A stretch of DNA of 64,000 bases from assembly GCF_009914755.1 (NCBI RefSeq), contig NC_060938.1. One strand, written 5' to 3'. Position numbers and translations under genes: made by a program. How positions within the stretch are numbered: the stretch's first letter is position 1; every line of letters begins with the position of its first letter. The notes below the pieces were generated by a model. That model had not been told where the DNA came from, ran no database searches, and saw only the letters and a list, made by a program, of their open reading frames with translations. This DNA is from the human T2T-CHM13v2.0 reference genome, Homo sapiens. This document shows positions 1-24,898 of the stretch, in pieces.

Positions 1-965
1 CTAAGGCAGGAGAATTGCTTGAACCCAGGAGGCGGAGGTTGCAGTGAGCCGAGATCTCACCATTGCACTCCAGCCTGGGTGACAGAGTGAGACTCCATCT
101 CAAAAAAGAAAAAAAAAATTAGTCCGTGTGGTGGCATGCACCTGTTATCCTAGCTACTTGGGAGGCTGAGGCAGGAGAATTGCTTGAGCCTGAGGCAGAG
201 GTTGCAGTGAGCCAAGATAGCACCACTACACTCTAGCCTGGGCCACAGAGCAAGACTGTCTCGGGAAAAAAAAGAAGACTGACTTAGAGAAATGACAAAT
301 ATTTTAAACTGGAATAGAAAGTTGCAGAATCATGAACACATTAAGATCTCATTTTAAAAAAGTTAGGCCAAGCACGTGGTTCAAGCCTGTAATCCCAGCA
401 CTTTGGGAGGGCAAGGCAGGTGGATCACTTGAGGTTAGGAGTTTGAGACCAGCTTGGCCAACATGGTGAAACGTTGTCTCTACCAAAAATACAAAATTAG
501 CCGAGCATGGTGGCAGGTGCCTGTAATCCCAGTTACTCAGGAGGCTGAGGCAGGAGAATTGCTTGAACCTGGGAGGTGGAGGTTGCGGTGAGCCAAAATG
601 GTGTCACTGCACTCCAGCCTGGGTGACAGAGTGAGACTTTGTCTCATAAAGAAGAAAAAAAAAAAGAACATGCATCAAACTATTAAGTGATTATCTCTGA
701 AAGGCAGATTGGAAGAAAGGGAGAGGACTTTGATCTTTTTTAAATATTCCTCTTTAGTGTTTGAATTCTTTTACAATCATTTTTGCAATAAAAACAAATT
801 TAATGGAGCCAGGTATGGTGGCACATGACTGTAGTTCCAGCTACTCTAGAGGCTGAGGCAGGAGGATCGCTTCAGCCCAAGAGTTCAAGGTTACAGTGAG
901 CTATGATCATGCTATGCACTCAAGCCTGGACAACAGAGTGAGACCCTATCTCTAGAAAAAAAAAA
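1..965 (+). mobile_element. Alu cluster: two right-arm fragments (1-272), full AluS (366-668), AluJ/FRAM right monomer (808-965)
   Basis: Alu consensus motifs (GAGGCAGGAGAATTGCTTGAACC, CACTCCAGCCTGGG, A-tails); boundaries approximate. Confidence 0.9.
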
Positions 966-2016
966 TAGTGTAATGCATACAGAGAGTGGAAAAATTGGAA
1001 AATTCACAAAAGAAAAAAGAAAGAAAACAATAATCACCTTCCATTTTAAGATTATTATTATTAACATTTTGATAACATTTCTATGGTCTTTTTTCTAGAC
1101 ATATATATAAAAATATAAAATATATTTAACAGACTGATCATATTGTTAAACAATATGAAGTTAAACAAGTCTTAAGCCTTTTTCTTGGACATTTTATATC
1201 AACAAAGTGCAAAATTCATCTATCCATAACCATCCAAATGTATCTGTTATTCAACAAGTTGTTTTATCCCTTTTATCAGCTAACTAAAGAAGCCTGAGAG
1301 CTGGGCTTTTTTAGCTGAGCCAGGAAAAGTAGCTGCTTTATTTCAGCCATGAGGATTACACGTCTATGCTCCGAGAGCCCCCGTCTGCAGAAGCAGAGTT
1401 AAAGCAGTGAGCAGTTATCCAGCAAAGCTGCTTAGGAAAAAAAAAATCCATCTAGGTCATTCAAAATCCAAATTATCTTTTACTTCCCTGGAGGTCATTT
1501 GCCATACATTACCTGAACACTTGTCTATAAAACCAAGGTGGATAAATTAGAATTTTTCTAATTTATCCTGAGATAAATTAGAGCCTGGGGAATAGTATTA
1601 TATTTACTAGGTAAATATCAATGTCTTGATAACACCTGAAGTCTATATATACCTATTATTAATGTGGGCATGTGGATGTGCTGAGGTGAAAATTTTACAG
1701 ATTAAGGCAGGGTGCTTCACGACCAAGGAAATTAGCCACCAAACTTTCAAGGAACTATCTAAACTAATTTTTCTTTGAAAATTATCCCGAAATTTCTTTA
1801 AGTTTATATTCAGTTTTCTAATAGGTACATGATATATAGATAAATACACTTTTAATAAGTGCTTTATTGAAATATAACTCACATTACATGAAGTTTATAC
1901 TTTGAAAGTATACATTCCAGGGGTTTTTAGTATATTAGCAAACTTGTGCATCAGTAACCACTATGAAATTCTAGGACATTTTCATCACCCTACAAAAAAA
2001 ATTTAAAAACTAGAAT

Positions 2017-2307
2017 GGGCGCAGTGGCTCACACCTGTAAGACCAGCACTTTGGGAGACCGAGGCGGGTGGATCACCTGAGGTCAGGAGTTCGAGACAAA
2101 CCTGGCCAATATGGTGAAACCCCATCTCTACTAAACATACAAAAATTAGCCGGGCATGGTGGCACGTGCCTGTAATCCTAGCTACTCAGGAGACTGAGGC
2201 AGGAGAATTGCTTGAACCCAGGATGCGAAGGTTGCAATAAGCCGAGATCACACCATTGCAGCTTGGGCGACAAGAGGGAAACTTCGTCTCAAAAAAAAAA
2301 AAAAAAA
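2017..2307 (+). mobile_element. AluS
   Basis: Dimeric Alu with A tail. Confidence 0.9.
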
Positions 2308-3036
2308 TTTTAAAAACTCATGCTCATTAGCAGTCACCCCACATTCTCCTCAACCCTCAGTTCCTGTAAACCACTGATTTATTTTCTGTCTTTATGGATT
2401 TGCCTACTCAGGATATTTCATATAAATGGGATGATACAACATGTGACCTTTCATATCTGGCTTCTTTCATTTAGCGTATATTCAAGGTTCATCCGTATTG
2501 TAGTTTATATCAGAGCTTCATTCCTTTTTATAGCTGAATAATAGTCCATTGCATTTATATACTACATTTTCTTTGTGTATTAGTGGACATTTGGGTGTTT
2601 CCATTTTTTTGTTATTATGAATAATGCTGGTAAAAACATTCAAGTATAAGTTTTTGGGTAGATATTTATGTTTTCAATTATTTTTGATACATACATAGGA
2701 GGGGAATTGCTGAGCCATATAGTAACAATATATTTAGCTTTTTGAGGAATTATCAAATGTTTTCCAAAGTGGCTGGACCATTTTACATTCCCACCAACAG
2801 TTTACAAGTGTTCTAATTTCTCCATATACTCACCAACACTTGTTATTATCTGACTTTTTAATTATAGCCATCCTAGTGTGTATGAAGTAGCATCTTGTTG
2901 TGATTTTGATTTGCATTTCTCTAAGGACTAATCGTTGAGCATCTTTTATGTGCTTATTTGGCTATTCATATATCATCTTTAGAGAAATGTCTATTCAAAC
3001 TTCAAACCCTTTATTTTTAAACTAACTTGTTGGGTT

Positions 3037-3617
<581 letters not shown>

Positions 3618-3775
3618 TAATTTCTTCATAGTGTCCTTTGAAGCACAAAAGTTTTTAACTTTGAATTTTAATTTTTTATTAAATTGAAGTTTTATTGAAG
3701 TTTTATTTTTTATTTTGTCACATGTGCTTTTGGCATGTAAGGAACCACTGCCTCATCCAAGAGCATGGAAATTTA

Positions 3776-4108
<333 letters not shown>

Positions 4109-4477
4109 TTAGATTGTACATTTAGGCTTAGGATCCATTTTGAATTAATTTTTGTTTATGTTGTAAGGCAGGAATCCAACTTTATTATCCTTTTTTGGAT
4201 TAAAGAAATGAATAAATGGATACCTGATCATTTCAGCACCATTTGTTGAAATGACTCTTCTTACCTCATGAATTTCCATGGCGCTCTTGTTGAAAATCAG
4301 GTGCCCATAAATGTAAAGGTTTATCAGGATTCTCAATTTGGTTTCATTGATCTGTATTTCCATCCATATGCCAGTAGCTCCATGACTTGATTACTGTGGC
4401 TTTGTAGTGTGTTTTGAAATCAGGCAGTGTGAATCCTCCAACATTTTTTCTTTTTTTCTCCTTTTAAAAATTATCAT

Positions 4478-6187
<1,710 letters not shown>

Positions 6188-7139
6188 GTATGTAACTCAA
6201 TGATCTATACAGTCTATTTTACCCATTTTCCCTGGTCCCATTAAAAAAAAACAACCACCTGGTAAAATGAGGTTGAAAAAGATTTCTGTATACCTAGGTG
6301 CCAAAGGTGAAATTCTTCATCATAAACATTTAAGGATTGAATATTAGCAGGGCTATCAGTTACACTTAGAACACTAAAGTAGTTGTTGGTGATTCATTAT
6401 AGGTGAGTTTTGGCCTTTTGCTCCTGTCCAAGTTGGAAACACCTTCCACACTCAGGTTTTGTTGGTTAATAAAGTTTTGACCACAGTAATTCCTGAATAT
6501 TAATGAAAAGAGTGAGTCAAAGTAGTAAATGACCTGGTTAATATGTACTGGTATGATTCAAACTTACTATACAAAGATACTCATTCTAAGGAACTTACTT
6601 TGTCCTTCTCAATCTTGAGGAAAGTTAGCTATATTGAGTGTTCTGCAATCTCACTAACCATTGCATAATTTTCCTTATGATATCCTACTTTATCAAGGGG
6701 TGGTTAGCCTTTGCCTTACTCTCTTCCAGCTTTTTAAAAACACATTCTTTGTAACCAAATAAAAATGAAATCTGTTTTATTCTTCTTTCACACTCAAAAC
6801 AAGCTTTTGATATTCTTGGAGTTTTTGTTTTGTTTAGCAAAATCAACCTATGTCCTTTCATTAATGGTCTGGAATCTTATTAGCAAACAAAATTTGCAGG
6901 TGGCTTTTATGTTACTGTTAGTATCACACTGTGTACAGAGGGGACATGGAAGACACTAAAAATAACTAATCTAACCTCAGTAAATGTACTGCACTATATG
7001 GGCTGAATATTCTCACAGACTTAAAGCTCTGAGTAAGATAGTATTCATTCCTAGAACAAATGATAATTGAAATCTTTATTCTCTTCTCTTTTAGGGTTCC
7101 CCACTTCCTCTTTCCCCCTAACCTGGGCATAGCTACAGG

Positions 7140-7142
<3 letters not shown>

Positions 7143-7171
<29 letters not shown>
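7143..7171. repeat. (TG)n microsatellite
   Basis: About 14 TG units seen directly. Confidence 0.95.
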
Positions 7172-7174
<3 letters not shown>

Positions 7175-8076
7175 GAAATGACTTGTAGTCTCAAAAAACT
7201 AAGCACAGAACCTTCTTTGCATAGTGATTTCTTCTATCATATACATTCTATATTGTCACATTCATGAAATTACAACAGAATTTGTAATAATACAGCAATG
7301 GCTGTTCTCCATTTGAACTATTTTAGTCACTGAAAAAAGTGTGGTGCCTCTGTCAAAGATTTACTTATATATTACCAATGGATTAATAGAAATATATTGA
7401 ATGTTGATTAATTTGTTTCTTCTAGTTCTTTAATTCTAATATTAAGTTTATTTGAAGCTACAACCCATAAGTGTCCAGCTTTTCATTTCTTTCATAAATA
7501 AAGCTGGAAGTGATTATAAGTTCATATCCTCATTTGCTTCTGATTGATGCTTCCTTATAGGCTCTTTCTCCCCACCCCTCTGCTCCTCCCCAGTGTTACA
7601 CAACACTACGGAGCCAGGAACACAATGTCAACTGTCAACGTCTTTCTAAAGGCAGTGGGTGATATTTACACACGTAAGCTGCTGGCACTAACAAGGTGAC
7701 TGGAGTCAAATGTAAACCACGGGTTTATCATTCCCAGTCAAATATATTGTGCAATGGGGTAGCAATAGGCACTGTGTGAAAGGTTGCCTAACAAGCCGCC
7801 AGCCTTAGGATTAGTCAGCTCCTTGCTGTGAGATGTGTGTGAGCGAGATACTGGAGGTCTCTGGTGATAGAAAAGCACGCTGGCCAATGGCAAGAACCAA
7901 AAGGAGGGGAAACTCAATTTTTTGGCAAACAATTTGAATCTTAGCAAAAGACCTTTGTTCTCTGAGGTGCAGAGGCTGAGAGGTTACTGAGAAACATCCA
8001 AGAAAAGGACGTTCTCTGTGAAAACTTCCCCTCCTATACAAAACTTTATAAACTGGTACGATTTCTGGCCATTTAA

Positions 8077-10747
<2,671 letters not shown>

Positions 10748-10762
10748 CTAACCCCAAAGAAT

Positions 10763-11038
10763 CAGATTGACCAGATTTATTTGTTTAGTTTTGAAAATGG
10801 AGAAACTAAAACAGTTTAAAAATAATTGGCCAATAATAGAACCAATAAGGATGGTCGGCTTCCAAGTACTAGTAAAACCACCTCACTAGGGTGTCTGACC
10901 AGATTGACCAGATTTATTTGTTTAGTTTTGAAAATGGAGAAACTAAAACAGTTTAAAAATAATTGGCCAATAAGAGAACCAATAAGGATGGTCGGCTTCC
11001 AAGTACTAGTAAAACCACCTCACTAGGGTTTCTGACCA
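10763..11038. repeat. 137-bp tandem duplication (2 copies)
   Basis: 10763-10899 repeats at 10900-11036 with 2 mismatches. Confidence 0.95.
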
Positions 11039-11190
11039 CCTGCATCAGAATCAGTTCTGATGTTTCCAAAACTCAGAGATTCCTGGACCCCACTTGAGAT
11101 CTACTGAATCAGATCCTCTGGATGTGAGGTCCAGGAATCTGCAGTTTAATAAGAAGCCCAGATAACTCCTCAGTATCCTAAACTTGGGAA
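11030..11190. mobile_element. MER5A-like hAT DNA transposon fragment
   Basis: CTGCATCAGAATCA...GATTCCTGGACCCCAC...CTACTGAATCAGA...CCAGGAATCTGCAGTTTAATAAG pattern. Confidence 0.7.
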
Positions 11191-12046
11191 GCATTATGGT
11201 AAAGCAGGAACAGCAACCTAAGAGAAATGATACAGCAAATATTCCTGTATTCTTTAGTGTGTTTATATTTAGGTAGCTTTGAAGTGTGGGGCAGACATCC
11301 ACTTACTGATCCTGTGTATGGGACCCACTGTGATGTGTATTGCTGGAAGACAATAGAAAGACCAAGTTCTTTACTTCACTACTACTTTAAAATGGTAATA
11401 CTTGAGGAAGAAGTCACACTTAAAGTGGGGTCTAGGGACCACCTCAATTATCTGTATTAAACTAGCAGTAAATTTTCACTGATTATTGACTAAAAGCAAA
11501 AATTAGATATGTAACGGGTGCAGGTGAAGGCAAAATGCCTTCAGCACACTGGGGTTCGGTTATGGTTTGTGCCAAGTGTAGACTGTTTTCTTCTCAGTTT
11601 TGAGTAGTGCCCTTGTCTGTGACCTTCATACTCAAAATTGTTTTGCGTGCAACTATTGGCCTGCATAGCACAGACTTTACAATAATTATCTTTGAAGCAG
11701 CAATCTCACCAAGCCTAGAGCTGTTCATAAAGAATAAAAGTAGGGGGAAATGATTGGTTGAAAAGAAAAGCTGAAAGATGAGGATTGGAGAAACAATAAA
11801 AAGGTAGAAATAGAAAGCCAAGTGGAGTCACGAAAGATATAGCCCAAGTAGTCTGGGAGATACTGCCCTTATTCAAATTCACCCTCGATTAATATCACTT
11901 GGGAGATTGCTAAGCAAAACCACCCTTCTGAAAAATGAACCTGAGACCCTGATTGATGCTAGCCTGCTGTCTGGAAGAGTGAAGGAATTCCCTCTAGGTG
12001 AAATCAATTGCTCAATGAAAACAATCGTTACTAAAATAGTATTGCT

Positions 12047-14960
<2,914 letters not shown>

Positions 14961-14963
14961 GAA

Positions 14964-15392
14964 ACTGGCTACTCCATAGGCAGAGCAGCCACAAGGGCTG
15001 CTGGTTGCCCATTTTTATGGTTATTTCTTGATGATATGATAAACAAGGGGTGGATTATTCATGCCTTCCCTTTTTAGACCTCCATACAGGGTAACTTCCT
15101 GATGTTGCCATGGCATTTGTAAACTGTCATGGAGCTGGTGGGAGTGTATCAGTGAGGATGACCAGAGATCACTCTTGTGGCCACCTGGATTATGGTGAGT
15201 TTTAGCTGGCTTCTTTACTGCAATCTGTTTCATCAGCAAGGTCTTTATGACCTGTATCTTGTGCCGACATCCTATCTCATCCAGTGACTTAGAATGCCTT
15301 AACCATCTGGGAATGCAGTCCAGTAGGTTGCAGCCTCATTTTACCCAGCTCCTATTCAATATGGAGTTGCTCTGGTTCAAACACCTCTGACA
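14964..15392 (-). mobile_element. MER41A LTR, 3' end truncated
   Basis: Minus strand begins TGTCAGAGGTGTTTGAACCAGAGCAACTCCAT; colinear with the copy at 20034-20591. Confidence 0.85.
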
Positions 15393-15415
15393 ATGTGACC
15401 AGGATGCGTTAGACT

Positions 15416-15857
15416 TATTAAATAAAATTTATGGGAGGCCATTGACTTGGACTGAGCTCCTGCACTAGATCCAACAGAGAAAACCAAAATGGAGTTACTC
15501 GAACTAAAGTTCCACATCACCAAACTCAAATGATCTTGTTGATCTGACTTCCTTAGAAATCAAGAAGGAGAGAGAAAATAGCCAAATCCCCAAACAGGCC
15601 AGTTTCAGCCTGCATGGTTAGGAAGTCCCCTCTGCTTTAACCCCTACAAAGAAAGTAACCTGAAGTAAACCTCATGTTAACCAATCCACTTTTTATATTA
15701 TACTGTTTCCTTGTTACTGTTCAAGGTACTTTATAAAAACCAACTATCCTAACATGCCCAGCATAGCACTCCTCTATTTTTAGATGAAATGTTGTCTAAT
15801 TCATGAATAAAAGCCAGTTCGATAATTTTAAATTTTTTGAAATTTTGTCTTTTGACA
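15416..15857 (+). mobile_element. ERV1-class solo LTR (family not assigned)
   Basis: T(A/G)TTAAATAAAATTTATGGGAGGCCATTG...AATAAAAGCC...TTTGACA with near-TSD GACT/GATT. Confidence 0.6.
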
Positions 15858-16084
15858 GATTCAGTAATAAAGAAATAGAAGAAATGTAGGAGGGATTTTG
15901 GTGCCTTGATTTTCACTGTGATTAAATATATTATAATATATATTCATTGGATACATAGATGCCAGTCTATAACCAAGTTTTCTCTGGTCTCTAGGGAAAA
16001 CGTCTGAGTAAGCTTCACAACTGTCATTTTTTTGGAATTACTATGTCTCTTATGAAATAATGGTGATAATAAGCGTTTGTATAA

Positions 16085-17180
<1,096 letters not shown>

Positions 17181-17368
17181 AGTTAATAACCTTCTGGGAC
17201 TAATGACCACCTCAACTGATTTGGAAAATAATGTAGTCATCTTCAGAAAATCTTCTTTTAAAGTATTCTGCATCACACAGCACAGTTCAAGCAAATTGAG
17301 GAATTGCCCTTCTTAATACATCAAAATGGTAAGAAATCATCAATTCCAGATGATTCAATTAATACTAA

Positions 17369-18044
17369 TGTTAGTGGCAGAGGATCCCTAGGGGGACTGC
17401 AGCAACCTCAGTCCTTGCCTACTTGGAAGGAAGAATTCGACCGAGGGGCATAAGGCAGAGGAAAAGACTGAGACAAGTTTCAGATCAGAAGTGAAAGTTT
17501 ATGAAAAAGCATTAAGCAGAAAGGAAAGGAAGTAAAGTATACTTGAAAGAGGCCCAAGTGAGTGACTTGAGAGATTAAGTACCCTGTTTGACTTTTGACT
17601 CGGGGTCTTATACATTGGCATGCCTCTGGTTGCTTCTGGTCTCTTCTCCCTGATTCTTCCCGTGGGGTGGGCTGTCCACATGTGCAGTGGCCTGTCCGCA
17701 CTTGGGAGGGGCCGCATGCGCAGTGTGTTACTGAAGTTGTGCACATGCTCATTTGAGGCGTTTTTCCCTTACCAGTAGAGTGTTTAAACTCTGCCATTTT
17801 GCCTCTTAGTGTGCATGCTTGAGCCCACTCTCCCGGCTCTTGAAATCTTATCAGGAGGCTGCTGATCACCAGTTTTAAGTTTTTTCTATTGGGAGACTGC
17901 CTTTCCTTGGTGCTGGCTGCAACCAATTATTGTTTTAGAGAGACAGTTTAACAACTGCCTGACCATAACCTGATGGTCACCTGGTGGGGGTTGGGGGGCC
18001 TCTCTCCTGCCCTGCTCATGTCTGACTAGCTACCTACTGTAACA
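17369..18044 (-). mobile_element. MER50-like ERV1 solo LTR
   Basis: Minus strand TGTTACAGTAGGTAGCTAGTCAGACATGAGCAGGGCAGGAGAG...TAACA; near-TSD CTAA/CCAA. Confidence 0.75.
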
Positions 18045-18066
18045 CCAATGCATCAATCTATACAGG

Positions 18067-18912
<846 letters not shown>

Positions 18913-19436
18913 CAGGCAAAATCCAAAAAGGATTCACGACCCATTAGAAATCTCTGGGGCTTCTTGTCAAGATCTCAAGAGTCCCTCTATCTCTACGTGG
19001 CATTCAAATTTCTAGGAGCTAGGTGAGTGTTGCCTTTCTTATCCTACAAATTAAAGAACTAAGATACAGATTTGCATTTCTAGCATATAGTCAAGGCAGC
19101 ACAGGACTCATTTTGATTATATCTAGGACCTGTTCAGGGCCTCCTCACATAAATGGTTGGGCAGTAGAAGTTTGTGTTCTGCTGGTTCCTCAAACTTATT
19201 ATCATATTTCCAACTAGTTCTTTCTCCAGACCTTTCTCAAACCAAGACTCTAAACCTGAAACTCAGCTCCCTCTTCTTTTCCACTTTCCATCTTTATTTA
19301 ATCCATTCCACCTCCCCAGTGTCTCTCCCATTCATTTGTTCTCTCATTTCCTAGTTCAGATCCTTTCAAGTCAACTTGAACAATTGCAAACTTCAAACTG
19401 GTCTTCCTGTCTCCAGGCTTGATTTAGCTTTCTACT

Positions 19437-20705
19437 TACCAGCTGAAGAATGATGAGGTTCATATATTTGGAAAGCAGAGCTTTATCTCTTCTAAAGGGT
19501 TTCAGCCTGCAGTGTGGTCATTTTGACAGGCTGGGAAGTGTAGCCTCTGGCCAAAGGCCAGAAACAGGCACTTCAAGGGAGGGGCAGAGGGAACAGAAAT
19601 TTATACTTAGCAGGGTGGCCAAATATACATGTTCAATAAGCTACAAGAAGAGTCACGAATATTTATGAAAGGAGAAACATGTGCATATGCAACTGGGCCT
19701 CATGTACAAAAAAGGGCAGCATAACTTGAGGGTGGAGTTTTCATCCCTCTGACCTCAAAAGGTGAGGCAGAGGACAGGAAGAACCCTCTCTGTGCATCCT
19801 CTGTAGAGTGGTCAGAACCACTGCATGGTCTGGTCTCTTTTCAGGAAAGAATGCTGGTCTAATGTGTGTTGTGTCAAACCCCAAAAACGAGGGACAGCAA
19901 TCATGTGGTTGATTGAGATCAGGAGTGGAGTCTTTTGAAAGGGCTAATTTCTATTTAGCCCTTAGGAGAGAAAGCCTAATGGTAATTAGCAAGTTGGGGG
20001 GCTGGGGCGCAGTTATAACCAGGCAGGTCCTACTGCTATAGGACAGGGATCCGGATCCAGATCCCAAGAGAGGGTTCTTGGATCTCGTACAGGAAAGAAT
20101 TCAGAGCGAGTCTGCTGTGCAAAGTGAAAGCAAGTTTAATAAGAAAGTAAAGGAATAAAAGAATGTCTACTCCATATATGGGCAGAGAAGCCCCAAGGTC
20201 TGCTGGTTGCCCTTTTTTATGGTTATTTATTGATGATATGCTAAACAAGGGGTGGATTATTTATGCATCCCCTTTTTAGACCATATAGGGTAACTTCCTG
20301 GCGTTGCTATGGCATTTGTAAACTGTCATGGAGCTGGTGGGAGTGTAGCAGTGAGGACGACCAGAGGTCACTGTCGTGGTCATTTTGGTTTTGGTGGGTT
20401 TGGGCTGGCTCCTTTACTGCAACATGTTTTATCAGCAAGGTCTTTATGATCTGTAGTTTGTGCTGACCTCATATCTCATCCTGTGACTTAGAATGCCTTA
20501 GCCATCTGGGAATGCAGCCCAGTAGGTTTCAGCCTCATTTTACCCAGCCCCTATTTAAGATGGAGTTGCTCTGGTTCACAGGCCTCTGACACTACCTCCC
20601 ATCTGTTTTGGCCGGAACCCACTTCCAAGGTTTCTCTGAGGTCCCCTTGTCCAAGACGAAGTCCGTTCAGTCAGTTGGGGGCTTAAAATTTTATTTTATT
20701 TTTCA
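19437..20705 (-). mobile_element. MER4-group ERV1 LTR (MER72-like), split by MER41A
   Basis: Minus strand begins AAAATAAAATTTTAAGCCCCCAACTGACTGAACGGAC and ends ...TATGAACCTCATCATTCTTCAG. Confidence 0.55.
20034..20591 (-). mobile_element. MER41A solo LTR, full length
   Basis: TGTCAGAGG...; 558 bp; perfect TSD CTAC (20030-33 and 20592-95). Confidence 0.9.
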
Positions 20706-20709
20706 ACTT

Positions 20710-21593
<884 letters not shown>

Positions 21594-21594
21594 T

Positions 21595-22425
21595 TTTTTT
21601 TCCTTCTTTTTGAGATGGGAGTTTCACTCTTGTTGCCTAGGCTGGAGTGCAATAGCACTGTTATAAACAAAGTTTCAGTGCTGCAAAAGAAACAGCACTC
21701 GAATATAAAATTTTCTTTTTAATTCTCAGCAAGGCAAGGTACTTCTATAGAAGGGTGCGTCCTTAGAGATGGAACAATGGTGAGCGCACACCAAGACAAG
21801 GAAGAAGGGGTTCTTATCCCTGACACACGTGGCCCCTTGCTGCTGTGTCATTCCCCTGTTGGCTAGGGTTAGACCTCACAGGCTAAACTAATTGCAATTG
21901 GCTAATTTAAAGAGAGTGACGGGGTGAGTGGTTTGGCAGGAAAAAATGGTGATTCAGCGTGGAGAATGAGTCGGGGCGGAGCAGGTAGCAGGTAATCGGA
22001 ATGAGTCAGGGTGGAGGTGATTGAAATGAATCAGGTTGGAGCAGGTGATTGAAATGAGTCAGGGTGGAGCAGGTAATGGAAAAAGGCTGCTTTATGAGGA
22101 AGTGAGGTTTAAAAGCAGAAGGCAAAGAATTGAACATACTGACATATTGATTCTTTGAAAAGAAATTTAGAACTCATATCTAACAGCGCGATCCCGGCCC
22201 ACTGCAACCTCTGCCTCCCAGGTTCAAGCGATTCTCCTGCCTCAGCCTTCTGAGTAGCTGGGATTACAGGTGCCTACCACGATGCCCAGCTAATTTTTGT
22301 ATGTTTAGTGGAGAGGGGGTTTCACCGTGTTGGCCATGCTTGTCTCAAACTCTTGGCATCAGGTGATCTACCCACCTCGGCCTCCCATAGTGCTGGGATT
22401 ACTGGCATGAACCACCACGCCTGTC
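21595..22425 (-). mobile_element. AluS split by LTR10 insertion
   Basis: GGAGTGCAATAGCAC | LTR | GCGCGATCCCGGCCCACTGCAACC rejoins to the Alu consensus. Confidence 0.9.
21659..22185 (-). mobile_element. LTR10F/LTR10A (HERVIP10) solo LTR with internal AP-1 tandem repeat
   Basis: Minus strand begins TGTTAGATATGAGTTCTAAATTTCTTTTCAAAGAATCAATATGTCAG and ends TAACA; TSD GCAC/GCGC; repeats of ATGAGTCAGGGTGGAGCAGGT. Confidence 0.85.
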
Positions 22426-22608
22426 AAGGACAAATTTTTATTTTTATTTCTCAGTAGGAAACATGAAAGGTTGTTCATTGAACCCTTTCCTTGTCCTGTT
22501 ATTGTAGTAATGGAGAAACTTTTCCTTTACCCTCTTAAATTCAGTATCTGAGACCTGTGAATTAAACTGACAAAAGACAAATTAGCAAGAAAAAGGCAAG
22601 ATTTTATT

Positions 22609-22709
22609 GGCTGGTTCGAATGCAGTGGTGTTTACAACAATGGATAACAACCAGTTACAGATATTTTTGTTCCTTCTCCACTCCCACTGCTTCGCTTGAC
22701 TAGCCTTTT
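22609..22709 (+). pseudogene. Y3 RNA (RNY3) processed pseudogene
   Basis: GGCTGGTTCGAATGCAGTGGTGTTTACAAC...CTTGACTAGCCTTTT matches hY3 with ~8 differences; A-rich tail; near-TSD AAGATTTTATT/AAGAGTTTATT. Confidence 0.93.
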
Positions 22710-22865
22710 AAAGAAAACAAAACAAAGAGTTTATTTACATGCATACACATGGGAGTGCTCAGTGGTAACTCAAAAGAATAGTTAGAATTTGGGGCTTATA
22801 CACCTAACTTAATAGGGGAAAGGTAACAAGGAGAAAAGACTCGTATAGGAAGAAAAAATAAGTCT

Positions 22866-24091
<1,226 letters not shown>

Positions 24092-24209
24092 TTAAAGATT
24101 TATTAAAACATACTTTTTACTGCTTCATGAAGGGCAATTTTTTTTTTTTTTTGGAGACAGGGTCTCACTCTGTCACCCAGTCTGGAGTGAGGTGGCACGA
24201 TCATGGCTC

Positions 24210-24678
24210 TTTCATGTGCGTCCGTGTGAAGAGACCACCAAACAGGCTTTGTGTGAGCAACATGGCTGTTTATTTCACCTGGGTGCAGGCAGGCTGAGTC
24301 CGAAAAGACAGTCAGCGAAGGGAGATAGGGGTGGGGCCATTTTATAGGATTTGGGAAGGTAATGGAAAATTACAGTCAAAGGGGGTTGTTCTCTGGTGGG
24401 CAGGGGTGGATCTCACAAAGTACATTCTCAAGGGTGGGGAGAATTACAAAGAACCTTCTTAAGGGTGGGGGAGACTACAAAGTACCTTAAGGGTGGGGGA
24501 TATTACAAAGTACATTGATCAGTTAGGGTGGGGCAGGAACAAATCACAATGGTGGAATGTCATCAGTTAAGGCTGTTTTTACTTCTTTTATGGATCTTCA
24601 GTTACTTCAGGCCATCTGGATGTATACGTGCAAGTCACAGGGGATGCGATGGCCTGGCCTGGGCTCAGAGGCCTGACA
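24210..24678 (-). mobile_element. HERV-H 3' LTR7 (polyA signal AATAAA at 24274-24269)
   Basis: Preceded on the minus strand by PPT AAGAAGGCAGGAA (24691-24679). Confidence 0.97.
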
Positions 24679-24898
24679 TTCCTGCCTTCTTATATTAATA
24701 AGACAAAACAAAATAGTGTTGAAGTGTTGGAGCGGCGAAAATTTTTGGGGGGTGGTATGGAGAGAGAATGGGCGATGTTTCTCAGGGCTGCTTCAAGTGG
24801 GATTGGGGCGGCGTGGGAACATAAAGTGGGAGAGATTAAGCTGAAGGGAAGTCTTGTGGTAAGGGATGATATTGTGGGGATGTTAGAAGAAACATTTG

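Noticed and set aside
22609-22709. Functional Y3 RNA genes (also 36453-36553)
   Set aside because: A-rich tails and TSDs indicate retrocopies; Y genes need an upstream type-3 Pol III promoter, which retrocopies do not carry
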